Shown: piece by piece, positions 37,870-46,422 of the stretch
Layout of the letters: each line of letters begins with the position of its first letter
Numbering within the stretch: position 1 is the first letter of the stretch
NCBI GenBank assembly: GCA_964220215.1
Contig: CAXPTH010000006.1
Location: forward strand, 3,863-67,862
Source: Alteromonas sp.
Lineage (GTDB): Bacteria > Margulisbacteria > Marinamargulisbacteria > UBA6595
DNA: 64,000 nt
Direction of reading: 5' to 3'
Notes under the pieces: generated by a model
The model's database searches: none
The model's input: the letters and a program-made list of their open reading frames with translations, nothing else
What the model was told of the DNA's origin: nothing
Made by a program: the position numbers and the translations under genes

Positions 37870-39552
37870 GTTTATGATTTTATCACAATAGCTCAGCGCT
37901 GCCGCATGATGTGACACGCTAATAATCGTTTCATTGGTTAGTTTAGAAAAGACTTCGTTAATCAAATGCTCTTCAGTGTCTTTATCCAACGCGCTGGTGG
38001 CTTCGTCTAAAATCAACAGCTGAGGGTTGTGATACAAAGCCCGAGCTACCCCAATGCGTTGCCGTTGCCCACCGCTGAGCCGGCACCCATTTTCACCAAT
38101 AATTGTATGAAGGCCATCATGCGTATTAAAAAAATCATATAGCTTCACGGCGTGTAGTACCTCAACAATTCGTGTTTCATCATAGGGGTGCCCAAAGGCA
38201 ATGTTATATCCAACGGTATGGTCAAATAAGGTCGTTTCTTGGGTAACATAGCCAATACTGGCCCGCCAACTGCGCATAGTCTCAGCGGTTAGGGCAATGC
38301 CATCAACATATACCTGCCCGGAATCGGGCGGAATGAGGCCACAAATAATATCCAATAGGGTGCTTTTACCCGATCCGCTGCTGCCCATAATGCCAATGCT
38401 CGATTGGTAGGGTATCTCAAGGGATTGGTTCTTTAAAATTTGTTTGGTCGGCGCGCTTGGATAACTAAATGATACGGCATCCACATGAATCATGGATTTG
38501 AATGCGATCGATTGATTGCCCAATGGTTCAGTTTGAATGGTAAATGACCGGTATACAGCATTCAAACTAGGGGCTAAAAATAGGATTTGATTATACGAGG
38601 ACAGCATTCGGTTAAATGCGGGCATTAGTCGAAAAAAGGCAAGCCCATAGACACTTAACAAGGGAATAATTTGAGCTAAATTGAGTTGGTTTAGTGCACT
38701 AACTACAATAAAGCTAAGCATAATAACAATACCACTGGCTTCCAAGATTCCACGGGGCAGTTGCCCGATAACGTTGGCTTTAATATTGGCTTGACTGAGC
38801 CCATAGCTGCTGGCCTGAAAGTGTTGACTGAGCCATTGGGTATTCTTTAAACATTTAATTAATTTAAAGTTTTTAAATGTTTCGTAAATGGTTTTGTAAA
38901 ATTGGTTGTGATTGTATTCACGGGATTGGGCAGCCTGGTTTGTTTTTTGACGAATAATGAGAATCAAAACAATGCCAATGAGTCCTGCGTAGACACTAAT
39001 CGCCAGTGTTGCCTTCCAATTGATAAACAGCAAAAAGCTATAAATACAGAGCGTTGTGGTGATTTCGGTTAGAAACAGTAATGAGAAGTACATTAAATTG
39101 GATAGTTGATCAGACTCGGTAATAATGGTGCGAGATAATTGCCCTGAATGATGCGCTTGATAACTGAGGTAGGGGAGTTTCAGGTAATGATCAAACAACC
39201 GATAAGCTAAACTGTGAAATCGGCCTTGGACGAATTTATTGACCGCATAGGTATAATGCATCGTAATGCCGGCTCGACCCATATAAAATAAAATAAGGCC
39301 CAGTCCCATTGCGGCAATTGTTGTGCTTGGGGATGGGCGCCCGAGGCTGATGTACAACGCATTGAATACCGCATGCGTATGCACAATTTCAAACTGATTC
39401 ACGAGGCTTAAAAAGGGAATGATAAGCCCAACGCCGATTGTTTCAATGCCACTGTACAGCACTGTATAGGCGAATAAAGCAAAGAAGTGAGCCTTATCTT
39501 TTCGATCAAATAAAAACCGGAGTTTTGAAATGACAGATTGAAGCGATACCAT
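37855..39552 (-). CDS. ABC exporter, fused permease/ATPase (MsbA-like architecture)
   Basis: N-terminal six-helix TMD, then Walker A GSSGSGKST, signature LSGGQRQR and Walker B LILDEATS. The likely start is ATG 39552 (MVSLQSV...). Confidence 0.85.
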   Translation of the reverse strand: MVSLQSVISKLRFLFDRKDKAHFFALFAYTVLYSGIETIGVGLIIPFLSLVNQFEIVHTHAVFNALYISLGRPSPSTTIAAMGLGLILFYMGRAGITMHYTYAVNKFVQGRFHSLAYRLFDHYLKLPYLSYQAHHSGQLSRTIITESDQLSNLMYFSLLFLTEITTTLCIYSFLLFINWKATLAISVYAGLIGIVLILIIRQKTNQAAQSREYNHNQFYKTIYETFKNFKLIKCLKNTQWLSQHFQASSYGLSQANIKANVIGQLPRGILEASGIVIMLSFIVVSALNQLNLAQIIPLLSVYGLAFFRLMPAFNRMLSSYNQILFLAPSLNAVYRSFTIQTEPLGNQSIAFKSMIHVDAVSFSYPSAPTKQILKNQSLEIPYQSSIGIMGSSGSGKSTLLDIICGLIPPDSGQVYVDGIALTAETMRSWRASIGYVTQETTLFDHTVGYNIAFGHPYDETRIVEVLHAVKLYDFFNTHDGLHTIIGENGCRLSGGQRQRIGVARALYHNPQLLILDEATSALDKDTEEHLINEVFSKLTNETIISVSHHAAALSYCDKIINLPAI

Positions 39553-39627
39553 GAATTTACAGTGTACACCAATTGGACACAAAATACTTGTTTAGTCGAC
39601 TGAATTAAATTACAATCAAAGTTGCTC

Positions 39628-40590
39628 ATGAACACATTTTTAGTTACTGGTGGTGCCGGCTTTATTGGATCCCATCTTGTTGAAGCACTGTTAAAACAGG
39701 GACACACGGTTCGGATTTTAGATAATTTATCCCATGGTCGTTTGGATAATCTATTCTTTTTAGATTATTATCCATCCAATCAGTATACGTGGATTGACGG
39801 CGATATTCGAGATGCTAGCTGTTGCGCTCATGCAGTACAGGGCGTGGAGTATGTGTTGCATCAAGCGGCACTAGGGTCGGTGCCAAAATCTATTGAGTTC
39901 CCCTTGGATTACCATGACAACAACGTCACGGGTACCCTCAATGTATTGCTTGCGGCTCGAGATCACGGCGTCAAGCGTGTGGTTCAGGCGTCTTCGTCGG
40001 CGATTTATGGGGATTCCCTAGCGTTGCCTAAAACAGAATCAATGATACCGGCACCATTGTCACCCTATGCACTGAGCAAGCTAACATGCGAATATTATGC
40101 GTCTATGATGCAATCGGTTTATCACTTCCCAGTTGTATCCTTGCGCTATTTTAATGTTTTTGGTCCCCGCCAAGATCCCAATTCTCAATATGCGGCGGTT
40201 ATTCCTAAGTTTGTGACGGCTTGGTTGCAGAACAGCTCGCCGGTTATTCATTCAGACGGAGAGCAAACGCGTGATTTTACGTATATTGATAATGTTGTTC
40301 AGGCCAATATTCACGCTTGTTTTTCGGATGAACGATCGGCCGGCCAGGCGTATAATATTGGCAATGGGGTTAATACGAGTGTGAATCAATTGGCCACAAC
40401 GATTCAAACGCTATTGGGAAAAGAACAATCACCCGTTTATGAGTCCGCTCGTCTCGGTGATGTTCGGGATAGTTTAGCCGCCATTGAGCGGGCGCAAGCT
40501 GAGATTGGCTATGACCCGACGGTGCAATTAGCCGAAGGCTTACAAAAAACCGTTGCGTGGTATACCCAGCAGTTGCAAGCTAGTGGGTAA
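39628..40590 (+). CDS. NAD-dependent sugar-nucleotide epimerase/dehydratase (WbpP/TviC-like)
   Basis: GGAGFIGSH Rossmann motif, YALSK catalytic YxxxK, and about 320 aa in length. Confidence 0.85.
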   Translation: MNTFLVTGGAGFIGSHLVEALLKQGHTVRILDNLSHGRLDNLFFLDYYPSNQYTWIDGDIRDASCCAHAVQGVEYVLHQAALGSVPKSIEFPLDYHDNNVTGTLNVLLAARDHGVKRVVQASSSAIYGDSLALPKTESMIPAPLSPYALSKLTCEYYASMMQSVYHFPVVSLRYFNVFGPRQDPNSQYAAVIPKFVTAWLQNSSPVIHSDGEQTRDFTYIDNVVQANIHACFSDERSAGQAYNIGNGVNTSVNQLATTIQTLLGKEQSPVYESARLGDVRDSLAAIERAQAEIGYDPTVQLAEGLQKTVAWYTQQLQASG

Positions 40591-40597
40591 TTGACGA

Positions 40598-41470
40598 TTG
40601 GTGGCGTATCCGTTGGTATCTGTTATTATTGCTACGCTGGGAGATACTCAATTAGTTAGTGATGCTTTGGATAGCCTTAGGCGTCAAACATTCAAAGACT
40701 TTGATGTGATTATTGTTAATCAAGGTGATCCACTGCCAGAAACGGTGATTAAGCAGTATCCTGATTTAGTAGTCCAGTATCATGAAGTCACCATAGTGGG
40801 TGCGTCATTGGCCCGTAATTACGCAGCTTCAGTTGCTTCTGGCTATTGGTTGGCGTATATGGATGATGATGCACAGTATTCACCTGGCTTTTTAGAGGGT
40901 TCTGTTCAAGTGTTGCATAAATACGCATTGGATGGGATAACGGGTATTGTAATTGATGCACAAAAACACCGCCCTATAGCACGCTCAATTAGCGGTAAAA
41001 AAAGTCAATGTATTCACGCTGATTCTTTTAATCTATGGATGTGTTCAGCCAGCATTGTATCTAAAGAAATTGCTATCAAAATTGGTGGCTATGATCCTGA
41101 ATTTGGGCCAGGAGAACGGTGGGGGTGTGGAGAGGAAGCCGACTTTTTACTGAGGCTCCTCAATCATAAAGCTAAATTATACTTTGATTCCAGTCTATAT
41201 GTTTATCATCCATCTGAAACAGAAAAATTAAACATGTTAGATTTAAAAAGAATTTGGCGTCGTGGGTTTTCATATGGTGCAGGTCGTGGCGCATTAATCC
41301 GAAAGCACAGTTCTAGAATGCCGGTATGGGGGTGTATTCAGCTAATTAAAATGCTGTTGACATCCGGTTTAGCGGTTGTCCAATCCATACTAATGATTCG
41401 ATTTCGGTATTTTTTTCGCGATGTGGCTAATTTGTTTGGGCGCTGCTATGGGTTTCTTATGTACAAATAA
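40598..41470 (+). CDS. family 2 glycosyltransferase
   Basis: VSVIIATLGD..LRRQTFKDFDVIIVNQG and a DxD-type YMDDDAQY. TTG/GTG start. Confidence 0.8.
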   Translation: MVAYPLVSVIIATLGDTQLVSDALDSLRRQTFKDFDVIIVNQGDPLPETVIKQYPDLVVQYHEVTIVGASLARNYAASVASGYWLAYMDDDAQYSPGFLEGSVQVLHKYALDGITGIVIDAQKHRPIARSISGKKSQCIHADSFNLWMCSASIVSKEIAIKIGGYDPEFGPGERWGCGEEADFLLRLLNHKAKLYFDSSLYVYHPSETEKLNMLDLKRIWRRGFSYGAGRGALIRKHSSRMPVWGCIQLIKMLLTSGLAVVQSILMIRFRYFFRDVANLFGRCYGFLMYK

Positions 41471-41499
41471 TTTTTTATGATAGAATACATGAAACAACA

Positions 41500-42726
41500 A
41501 TGATTAGCACCAGTTATTTTTTAGATAAGCTCAAAGCTCGGTACACAGAGCCCATGTTGGATCGGGTGGAAACGATTACCCCTAATTTTGTGGTGGCACA
41601 AAAAACAGTGGGGGTGTCTGAGTCCGGGTATCGCATTGCGCACAATGGGGAGTGGTATGTATCCGAGGCTTTATTATTAGCCGCTGTGAGCCAAGGGGTT
41701 GTGTTGGTGGTGGATCAACATCCCATTCGGATGGAACAAGACTTTCATCTGAGTCATATTAAACACTGCGAGTTTTTATCCCCGGTGGTGCCAGGCGATA
41801 CCATCCGGTTTGAATTAACCTGCGAGTCTATCAACGACTCCGGTCCGCTGACTGTTGAGGCACTTTTGTTGGTTGACGGGCGCCGTGTGTGTGAAGCAAC
41901 CCTCGTGTATGCCTTTACCCACACACCGAGTCGCCCCCAAATTCACCCCACCGCATCGGTGCATCCCACGGCTGTATTGGGTGAAAATGTTAAAGTTGGG
42001 GCCTATAGCAGTGTGGGGGAGCATGTGGTTATTGGGGATGGGACTCGCCTGGAAGCCAATGTCATGATTGAAAAATGGACGGAAATTGGGTCGGATTGCC
42101 ATATTTATTCTGGGGCAGTTATTGGCTCGCAAGCGCAGGATATGAAATACAAGGGGGAGCGGAGTTTGGTTAAAATTGGCGATCGCAATACCATTCGCGA
42201 ATATGTGACCATTAACCGAGCCACTGGCCCCGATTGTGAAACAGTAATTGGCAATGACAATTTGATTTTTACATCCGTGCATATTGGGCATAACTGCACA
42301 ATTGGCAATCACGTTATTTTAACCAATATGGCAACATTGGGCGGGCACGTAGTCATTGAAGATCGGGTGGTTGTGGGCGGCTGCGTGGGCGTGCATCAAT
42401 TTACACGGATTGGTACGGGGGCTATGATTGGTGGCTACTCAAAAGTGCATTCCGATGTACCTCCGTTTTTGTTGTGTGAGGGCAATCCGGCTGAAATTCG
42501 GACCATTAATGTCGTGGGGTTGCGTCGATCCGGGGCCAAGTCCGACGAACTCAATGAACTCAAGCACGTGTTTAAATGTTTATTTAGAAATCAACTGAAT
42601 ACCCAACAAGCATTAGAGGCGCTCGCCCAGGATGACATTCAAGGGGCCAGCAGCCAACGGCTGATTCAATTTATGTCCGAGTCATCCAAACGGGGGGTAT
42701 TAAAAAAAACAGCCGGGGCAAAATGA
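41500..42726 (+). CDS. lpxA: FabZ-like hotdog domain fused to UDP-N-acetylglucosamine O-acyltransferase LpxA
   Basis: Residues ~1-145 align to FabZ (SPVVPGDTIRFELTCES...LLLVDGRRVCEATLVYAF). Residues ~150-408 form the LpxA left-handed beta-helix and C-terminal domain (IHPTASVHPTAVLGENVKVGAYSSVG..., GNDNLIFTSVHIGHNCTIGNHV, INVVGLRRSG). Confidence 0.85.
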   Translation: MISTSYFLDKLKARYTEPMLDRVETITPNFVVAQKTVGVSESGYRIAHNGEWYVSEALLLAAVSQGVVLVVDQHPIRMEQDFHLSHIKHCEFLSPVVPGDTIRFELTCESINDSGPLTVEALLLVDGRRVCEATLVYAFTHTPSRPQIHPTASVHPTAVLGENVKVGAYSSVGEHVVIGDGTRLEANVMIEKWTEIGSDCHIYSGAVIGSQAQDMKYKGERSLVKIGDRNTIREYVTINRATGPDCETVIGNDNLIFTSVHIGHNCTIGNHVILTNMATLGGHVVIEDRVVVGGCVGVHQFTRIGTGAMIGGYSKVHSDVPPFLLCEGNPAEIRTINVVGLRRSGAKSDELNELKHVFKCLFRNQLNTQQALEALAQDDIQGASSQRLIQFMSESSKRGVLKKTAGAK

Positions 42727-42735
42727 GGGGGCCGC

Positions 42736-43260
42736 ATGATTGACTATCATACGTACAACAGTAAGGAAAGCAGTTGCGTGTATGCACCCACTCCCTTTAA
42801 CATGAAAGATTTTTTAAGTGTGGCAGTTGCCGCTGATACGTCTAATACGCCCATTGTGGATGTGTCGGCTGGTTTTTTGCGATTGACGGGCTATTCCCGA
42901 GAGGCGGTTGTTGGGCAAAATTGTCGGTTTTTGCAAGGTAAAAAAACAGATCCCGCAGTTCGAAAAAAGATTCGGGCGGCCATTAAGAAAAAAGAAACCT
43001 TTTCAGGGTTTATTCTCAATTATCGGCAATCGGGTGAGCCGTTTTGGCAATACTTGAATATTTCGTATCACAGTATTGATCCGGGCGTTGGGTTTTTTAT
43101 TGGGGTTCAGTCGGCATTTGGTTTGTTTTCAGAGGATTTTTTTGACATTAAGAATCAAGGGGATACCATTCAGGTGTATGTCCGGCCTAATTTGGATCCC
43201 GATTATAAAGATTTGATTTTTACATTGGATACACAAACCCTGTGCGAATATACAAGATAG
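42736..43260 (+). CDS. short LOV-domain protein (putative blue-light flavin photosensor)
   Basis: 174 aa. The core TPIVDVSAGFLRLTGYSREAVVGQNCRFLQGKKTDPAVRKKIRAAIKKKETFSGFILNYRQSGEPFWQYLNISY...FFIGVQS matches the LOV consensus, including the adduct-forming Cys in NCRFLQG (codon 42922-42924). Confidence 0.85.
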   Translation: MIDYHTYNSKESSCVYAPTPFNMKDFLSVAVAADTSNTPIVDVSAGFLRLTGYSREAVVGQNCRFLQGKKTDPAVRKKIRAAIKKKETFSGFILNYRQSGEPFWQYLNISYHSIDPGVGFFIGVQSAFGLFSEDFFDIKNQGDTIQVYVRPNLDPDYKDLIFTLDTQTLCEYTR

Positions 43261-43276
43261 TGTATACTCATTTAGT

Positions 43277-44728
43277 ATGAGTGAATACGAAAATCGTCAG
43301 TTAAAACAGCGGGCATGGGAAGCGGCGGGGCAGTCGGCCTTTGCGCATGCCTTTGATAAGCAGCAGACCCTTGCCAGTGTTGTCGATCAATATGCGTCGG
43401 TTACATCCGATATGCCTTCCGAGGCGTTGGTACAAACGGCCGGTCGGGTCATGAGTCGACGGGGGCATGGCAAGGCAATGTTTGTGACGATTCAAGACGA
43501 GTCCGGGGAGTTGCAGTTGTATATCAATGTGGATCGTGTGGGGGGCGATACCTTTGCCCTGTACGAGTCCATCGATATTGGAGATATTATTGGGGTTTCG
43601 GGTACCATGTTCCGGACCCGCCGCGATGCGCTGACCTTAAACATTGATACCCTGACCCTGCTCACCAAATCGCTAGCCCCATTGCCTGAAAAATTTCATG
43701 GCCTTCAAGACAAAGAAACCCGATACCGCCAACGCTATGTGGATTTGATTATGAATACCGATGTCCGTTCAGTATTTTCTGCCCGGTCTAGTATTGTCTT
43801 GGCGATGCGGCAGTATCTCAATGAGCACCAATTCATGGAAGTGGAGACCCCAGTATTGCAGCATATTTATGGGGGGGCATCTGCCGAGCCGTTTCGGACC
43901 CATCACAATCATTTGAATCAAGATTTATACCTTAGAATTGCATTGGAGCTGCACCTGAAACGCTTAATTGTGGGCGGCTACGAACGGGTGTTTGAAATCG
44001 GACGGGTGTTTCGCAATGAAGGCGTCTCGTATAAACACAATCCAGAATACACGTTATTGGAATTGTATCAGGCTTACGCCGATTATACCGATATGATGGC
44101 GCTGACTGAAGCCTTGCTTAAACACCTAGTGGTTCAACACACAGGGGGAACGGTGCTGACCTATCAGGATCAAACAATTGATTTTAGCCAGTCGTTTCAG
44201 CGACTGAGTATGGTGGATGCATTGGCCCAGTATGCGGGTATTCAAAACCCAACACGAGACGCCTTAATTGCGGCGTTAAATCAGCACAACATCCCCAATA
44301 CCGGACAGGAAGCCTGGGGGCATTTGGTTGGCATGGTGTATGACAAACTGGTTGAGCCCCAGTTAGTCGGGCCAATTTTTATTACCGATTACCCATGGGA
44401 ATTGTCGCCATTGGCCAAACGGCACCGAGATAACGCTGATTTGGTTGAACGGTTTGAACTCATTATTGCGGGCATGGAAATCGCCAATGCATTTTCAGAG
44501 CTGAATGACCCCGTTGAGCAAGCGGCGCGATTTGAGGATCAAGAGCGGGCGCGCGAAGCGGGGGATGCGGAAGCCCATCGTACGGATGATGACTATATCC
44601 AGGCCTTGCAATATGGCATGCCACCCACGGGTGGCCTGGGCATTGGGGTTGACCGAGTGGTGATGTTGATCACCAATCAAACCAGCATTCGCGATGTGCT
44701 GTTCTTCCCGCATTTGAAACAGGTTTAG
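43277..44728 (+). CDS. lysS: lysine--tRNA ligase (class II)
   Basis: 483 aa with an OB anticodon-binding domain and class II motifs (FRNEG, GGLGIGVDRVVMLIT). Confidence 0.96.
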   Translation: MSEYENRQLKQRAWEAAGQSAFAHAFDKQQTLASVVDQYASVTSDMPSEALVQTAGRVMSRRGHGKAMFVTIQDESGELQLYINVDRVGGDTFALYESIDIGDIIGVSGTMFRTRRDALTLNIDTLTLLTKSLAPLPEKFHGLQDKETRYRQRYVDLIMNTDVRSVFSARSSIVLAMRQYLNEHQFMEVETPVLQHIYGGASAEPFRTHHNHLNQDLYLRIALELHLKRLIVGGYERVFEIGRVFRNEGVSYKHNPEYTLLELYQAYADYTDMMALTEALLKHLVVQHTGGTVLTYQDQTIDFSQSFQRLSMVDALAQYAGIQNPTRDALIAALNQHNIPNTGQEAWGHLVGMVYDKLVEPQLVGPIFITDYPWELSPLAKRHRDNADLVERFELIIAGMEIANAFSELNDPVEQAARFEDQERAREAGDAEAHRTDDDYIQALQYGMPPTGGLGIGVDRVVMLITNQTSIRDVLFFPHLKQV

Positions 44729-44859
44729 TTTGGATAAACAATCGGCTGGAGCAAACGCTTGGCTGTCTGGAACGGATATTTCACAATTGCTTAATTCTAA
44801 ACGGGCTCAGCGTAATAACCTAATCAATCAATTGAATCAGGCAGCAGGGCCTGTTCAAT

Positions 44860-45093
44860 ATCACCGTCGTCAAAGCTTTATTCGACGTTGTCCGATTGCC
44901 TCACTCGAAAATCCACGGCCTGATTGTATTCAAGACCAATCGACTGATGCATCCAGTTCGCCAACTGAATCGGACCCGCCAACGCTGGTTAATCAATCCA
45001 AAAAATCGAATCAAAGAACGGGTCAATCCCGACAGGGTTGGGCCCATATTTATTACCGAGCATTCTTTGGAATTTGTCGGTAATTGGGATAAT
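44860..45093 (+). pseudogene. degenerate LysRS-core-like fragment (relic)
   Basis: Translation across two frames gives ...QSFIRR... and ...KERVNPDRVGPIFITEHSLEFVG, compared with lysS QSFQRLS... and YDKLVEPQLVGPIFITDYPWELSP. The DNA at 45031-45080 aligns to lysS 44360-44409 at roughly 70 percent identity by eye. Confidence 0.3.
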
Positions 45094-46395
45094 CTAAATC
45101 CCCAACGTCCACGTGGGGTACGGGACCACAATCGCACTGTGTGGCGTAAACGCATTGTTCAAAATGGCGCCTGTTCCAGCCAACGGGACGGGGTTCGTTC
45201 GTTTGCCTATTTTAGGAAACTGATACACCGCCTGAATGGCATCTTCGCCCAACTGAGCACGATAACTATGGTGTGCATTGCCGCCAATTGTCCGCCGCTT
45301 TCCACGCAATTGAAAACACTTTTGATCCCCATTTGGTTTTTTCCATGTGCCGATTAAATCCCGATTGGTTTGGCTGAACGTTAGTGTTGTTCGCCATTGA
45401 CTGATGCTGAGCTTTAATCGAGTAGTATCCGACCGTGAGTAATGGCATAAAAAGGCCTTGTTTTGAATATGACCATTGATGCGATACACGCGACCGGACT
45501 TTAAATTGAGATTTAAATGCGCAAAGGGCGCATTGCCCCGAGTCACCCAAATATCGGTTTGGTTTACATAGCGTATTTCCAACGCCGTTACCATCGACTG
45601 ATTTTGATACAACGTCAAATCCAGGACACAGTCGGTTTTATTGGATTTTTGAAAATTGGGGATTAATCGAAATCGAATTAAACCCAAGGGTAGCTGTTCT
45701 TCCAATAATAATTCAAATAAAATAAAATCGATTGCATTCAAACACTGCTGCTGTTTGAATGTCTGTTTTTGGTTTGATTCGCGCTCGTCATTCGAAGACA
45801 GGGCATCCAGTGGGTCTAGGGCAACAATATCAAAAAAAGCATGATGGTCCGCCATTATGTCATCAATATTGGGCAAGTATACTGGATCATCATTGGTTAA
45901 GCTGCCACGAATGGCAACTTCATGGTCTAAAAAACTCATGAGGGCATCATCACGCTGCAAGTCAGCCCGCAACAACGCCATTAAAATAGGATCTTGAACC
46001 GCAGGGGGTAATTGATGGTAAAACTGGGTAACGCTGGGCAAGACATCATCTAAAGACTGGTTCTTTGCATCCGCCCAGACTGCAATTTCGGATCGAATGA
46101 GTGTCGGAATAGGCAATGGCTCTGGGGCAGCATCGACGGTTTGGCTCATGGCTCGATCAATGTGCTGCATAATCGTATCCAAGGATAGGTCCAAATCCAC
46201 AAAGTCAGCCCCGTTCAGGCCTTTGGCTATCCGAGCCGCTTGCTCAATAAGGCTAGATGCCGTGATGAGGCGATTCGCCATCTGGGTGTGCGATGGGCGC
46301 ACTAAAATAGCGGTTTGAGTCGGTGTATTCGCTGAAAACCAAGTCGAATAGTTTTCAATGGACTGAAATGGATGGTAAGTAACTCGACCTTGCAT
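45094..46395 (-). CDS. hypothetical protein (orphan, ~433 aa)
   Basis: Long uninterrupted ORF (45094-46458). The start is set at ATG 46395 (MQGRVTYHPF...) to avoid overlapping divergent secD. No family recognised. Confidence 0.55.
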   Translation of the reverse strand: MQGRVTYHPFQSIENYSTWFSANTPTQTAILVRPSHTQMANRLITASSLIEQAARIAKGLNGADFVDLDLSLDTIMQHIDRAMSQTVDAAPEPLPIPTLIRSEIAVWADAKNQSLDDVLPSVTQFYHQLPPAVQDPILMALLRADLQRDDALMSFLDHEVAIRGSLTNDDPVYLPNIDDIMADHHAFFDIVALDPLDALSSNDERESNQKQTFKQQQCLNAIDFILFELLLEEQLPLGLIRFRLIPNFQKSNKTDCVLDLTLYQNQSMVTALEIRYVNQTDIWVTRGNAPFAHLNLNLKSGRVYRINGHIQNKAFLCHYSRSDTTRLKLSISQWRTTLTFSQTNRDLIGTWKKPNGDQKCFQLRGKRRTIGGNAHHSYRAQLGEDAIQAVYQFPKIGKRTNPVPLAGTGAILNNAFTPHSAIVVPYPTWTLGI

Positions 46396-46422
46396 AGAGA
46401 TTATTTTAACACTTATAATTAA

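Noticed and set aside
44730-45083. 117-aa plus-strand ORF starting with TTG right after the lysS stop, and overlapping ORFs 44896-45357 (+) and 44901-45155 (-)
   Set aside because: The products are low-complexity (Q/N/S/R-rich), there is no SD, and the frames are mutually overlapping. The region is better explained as a frameshifted LysRS-like relic.
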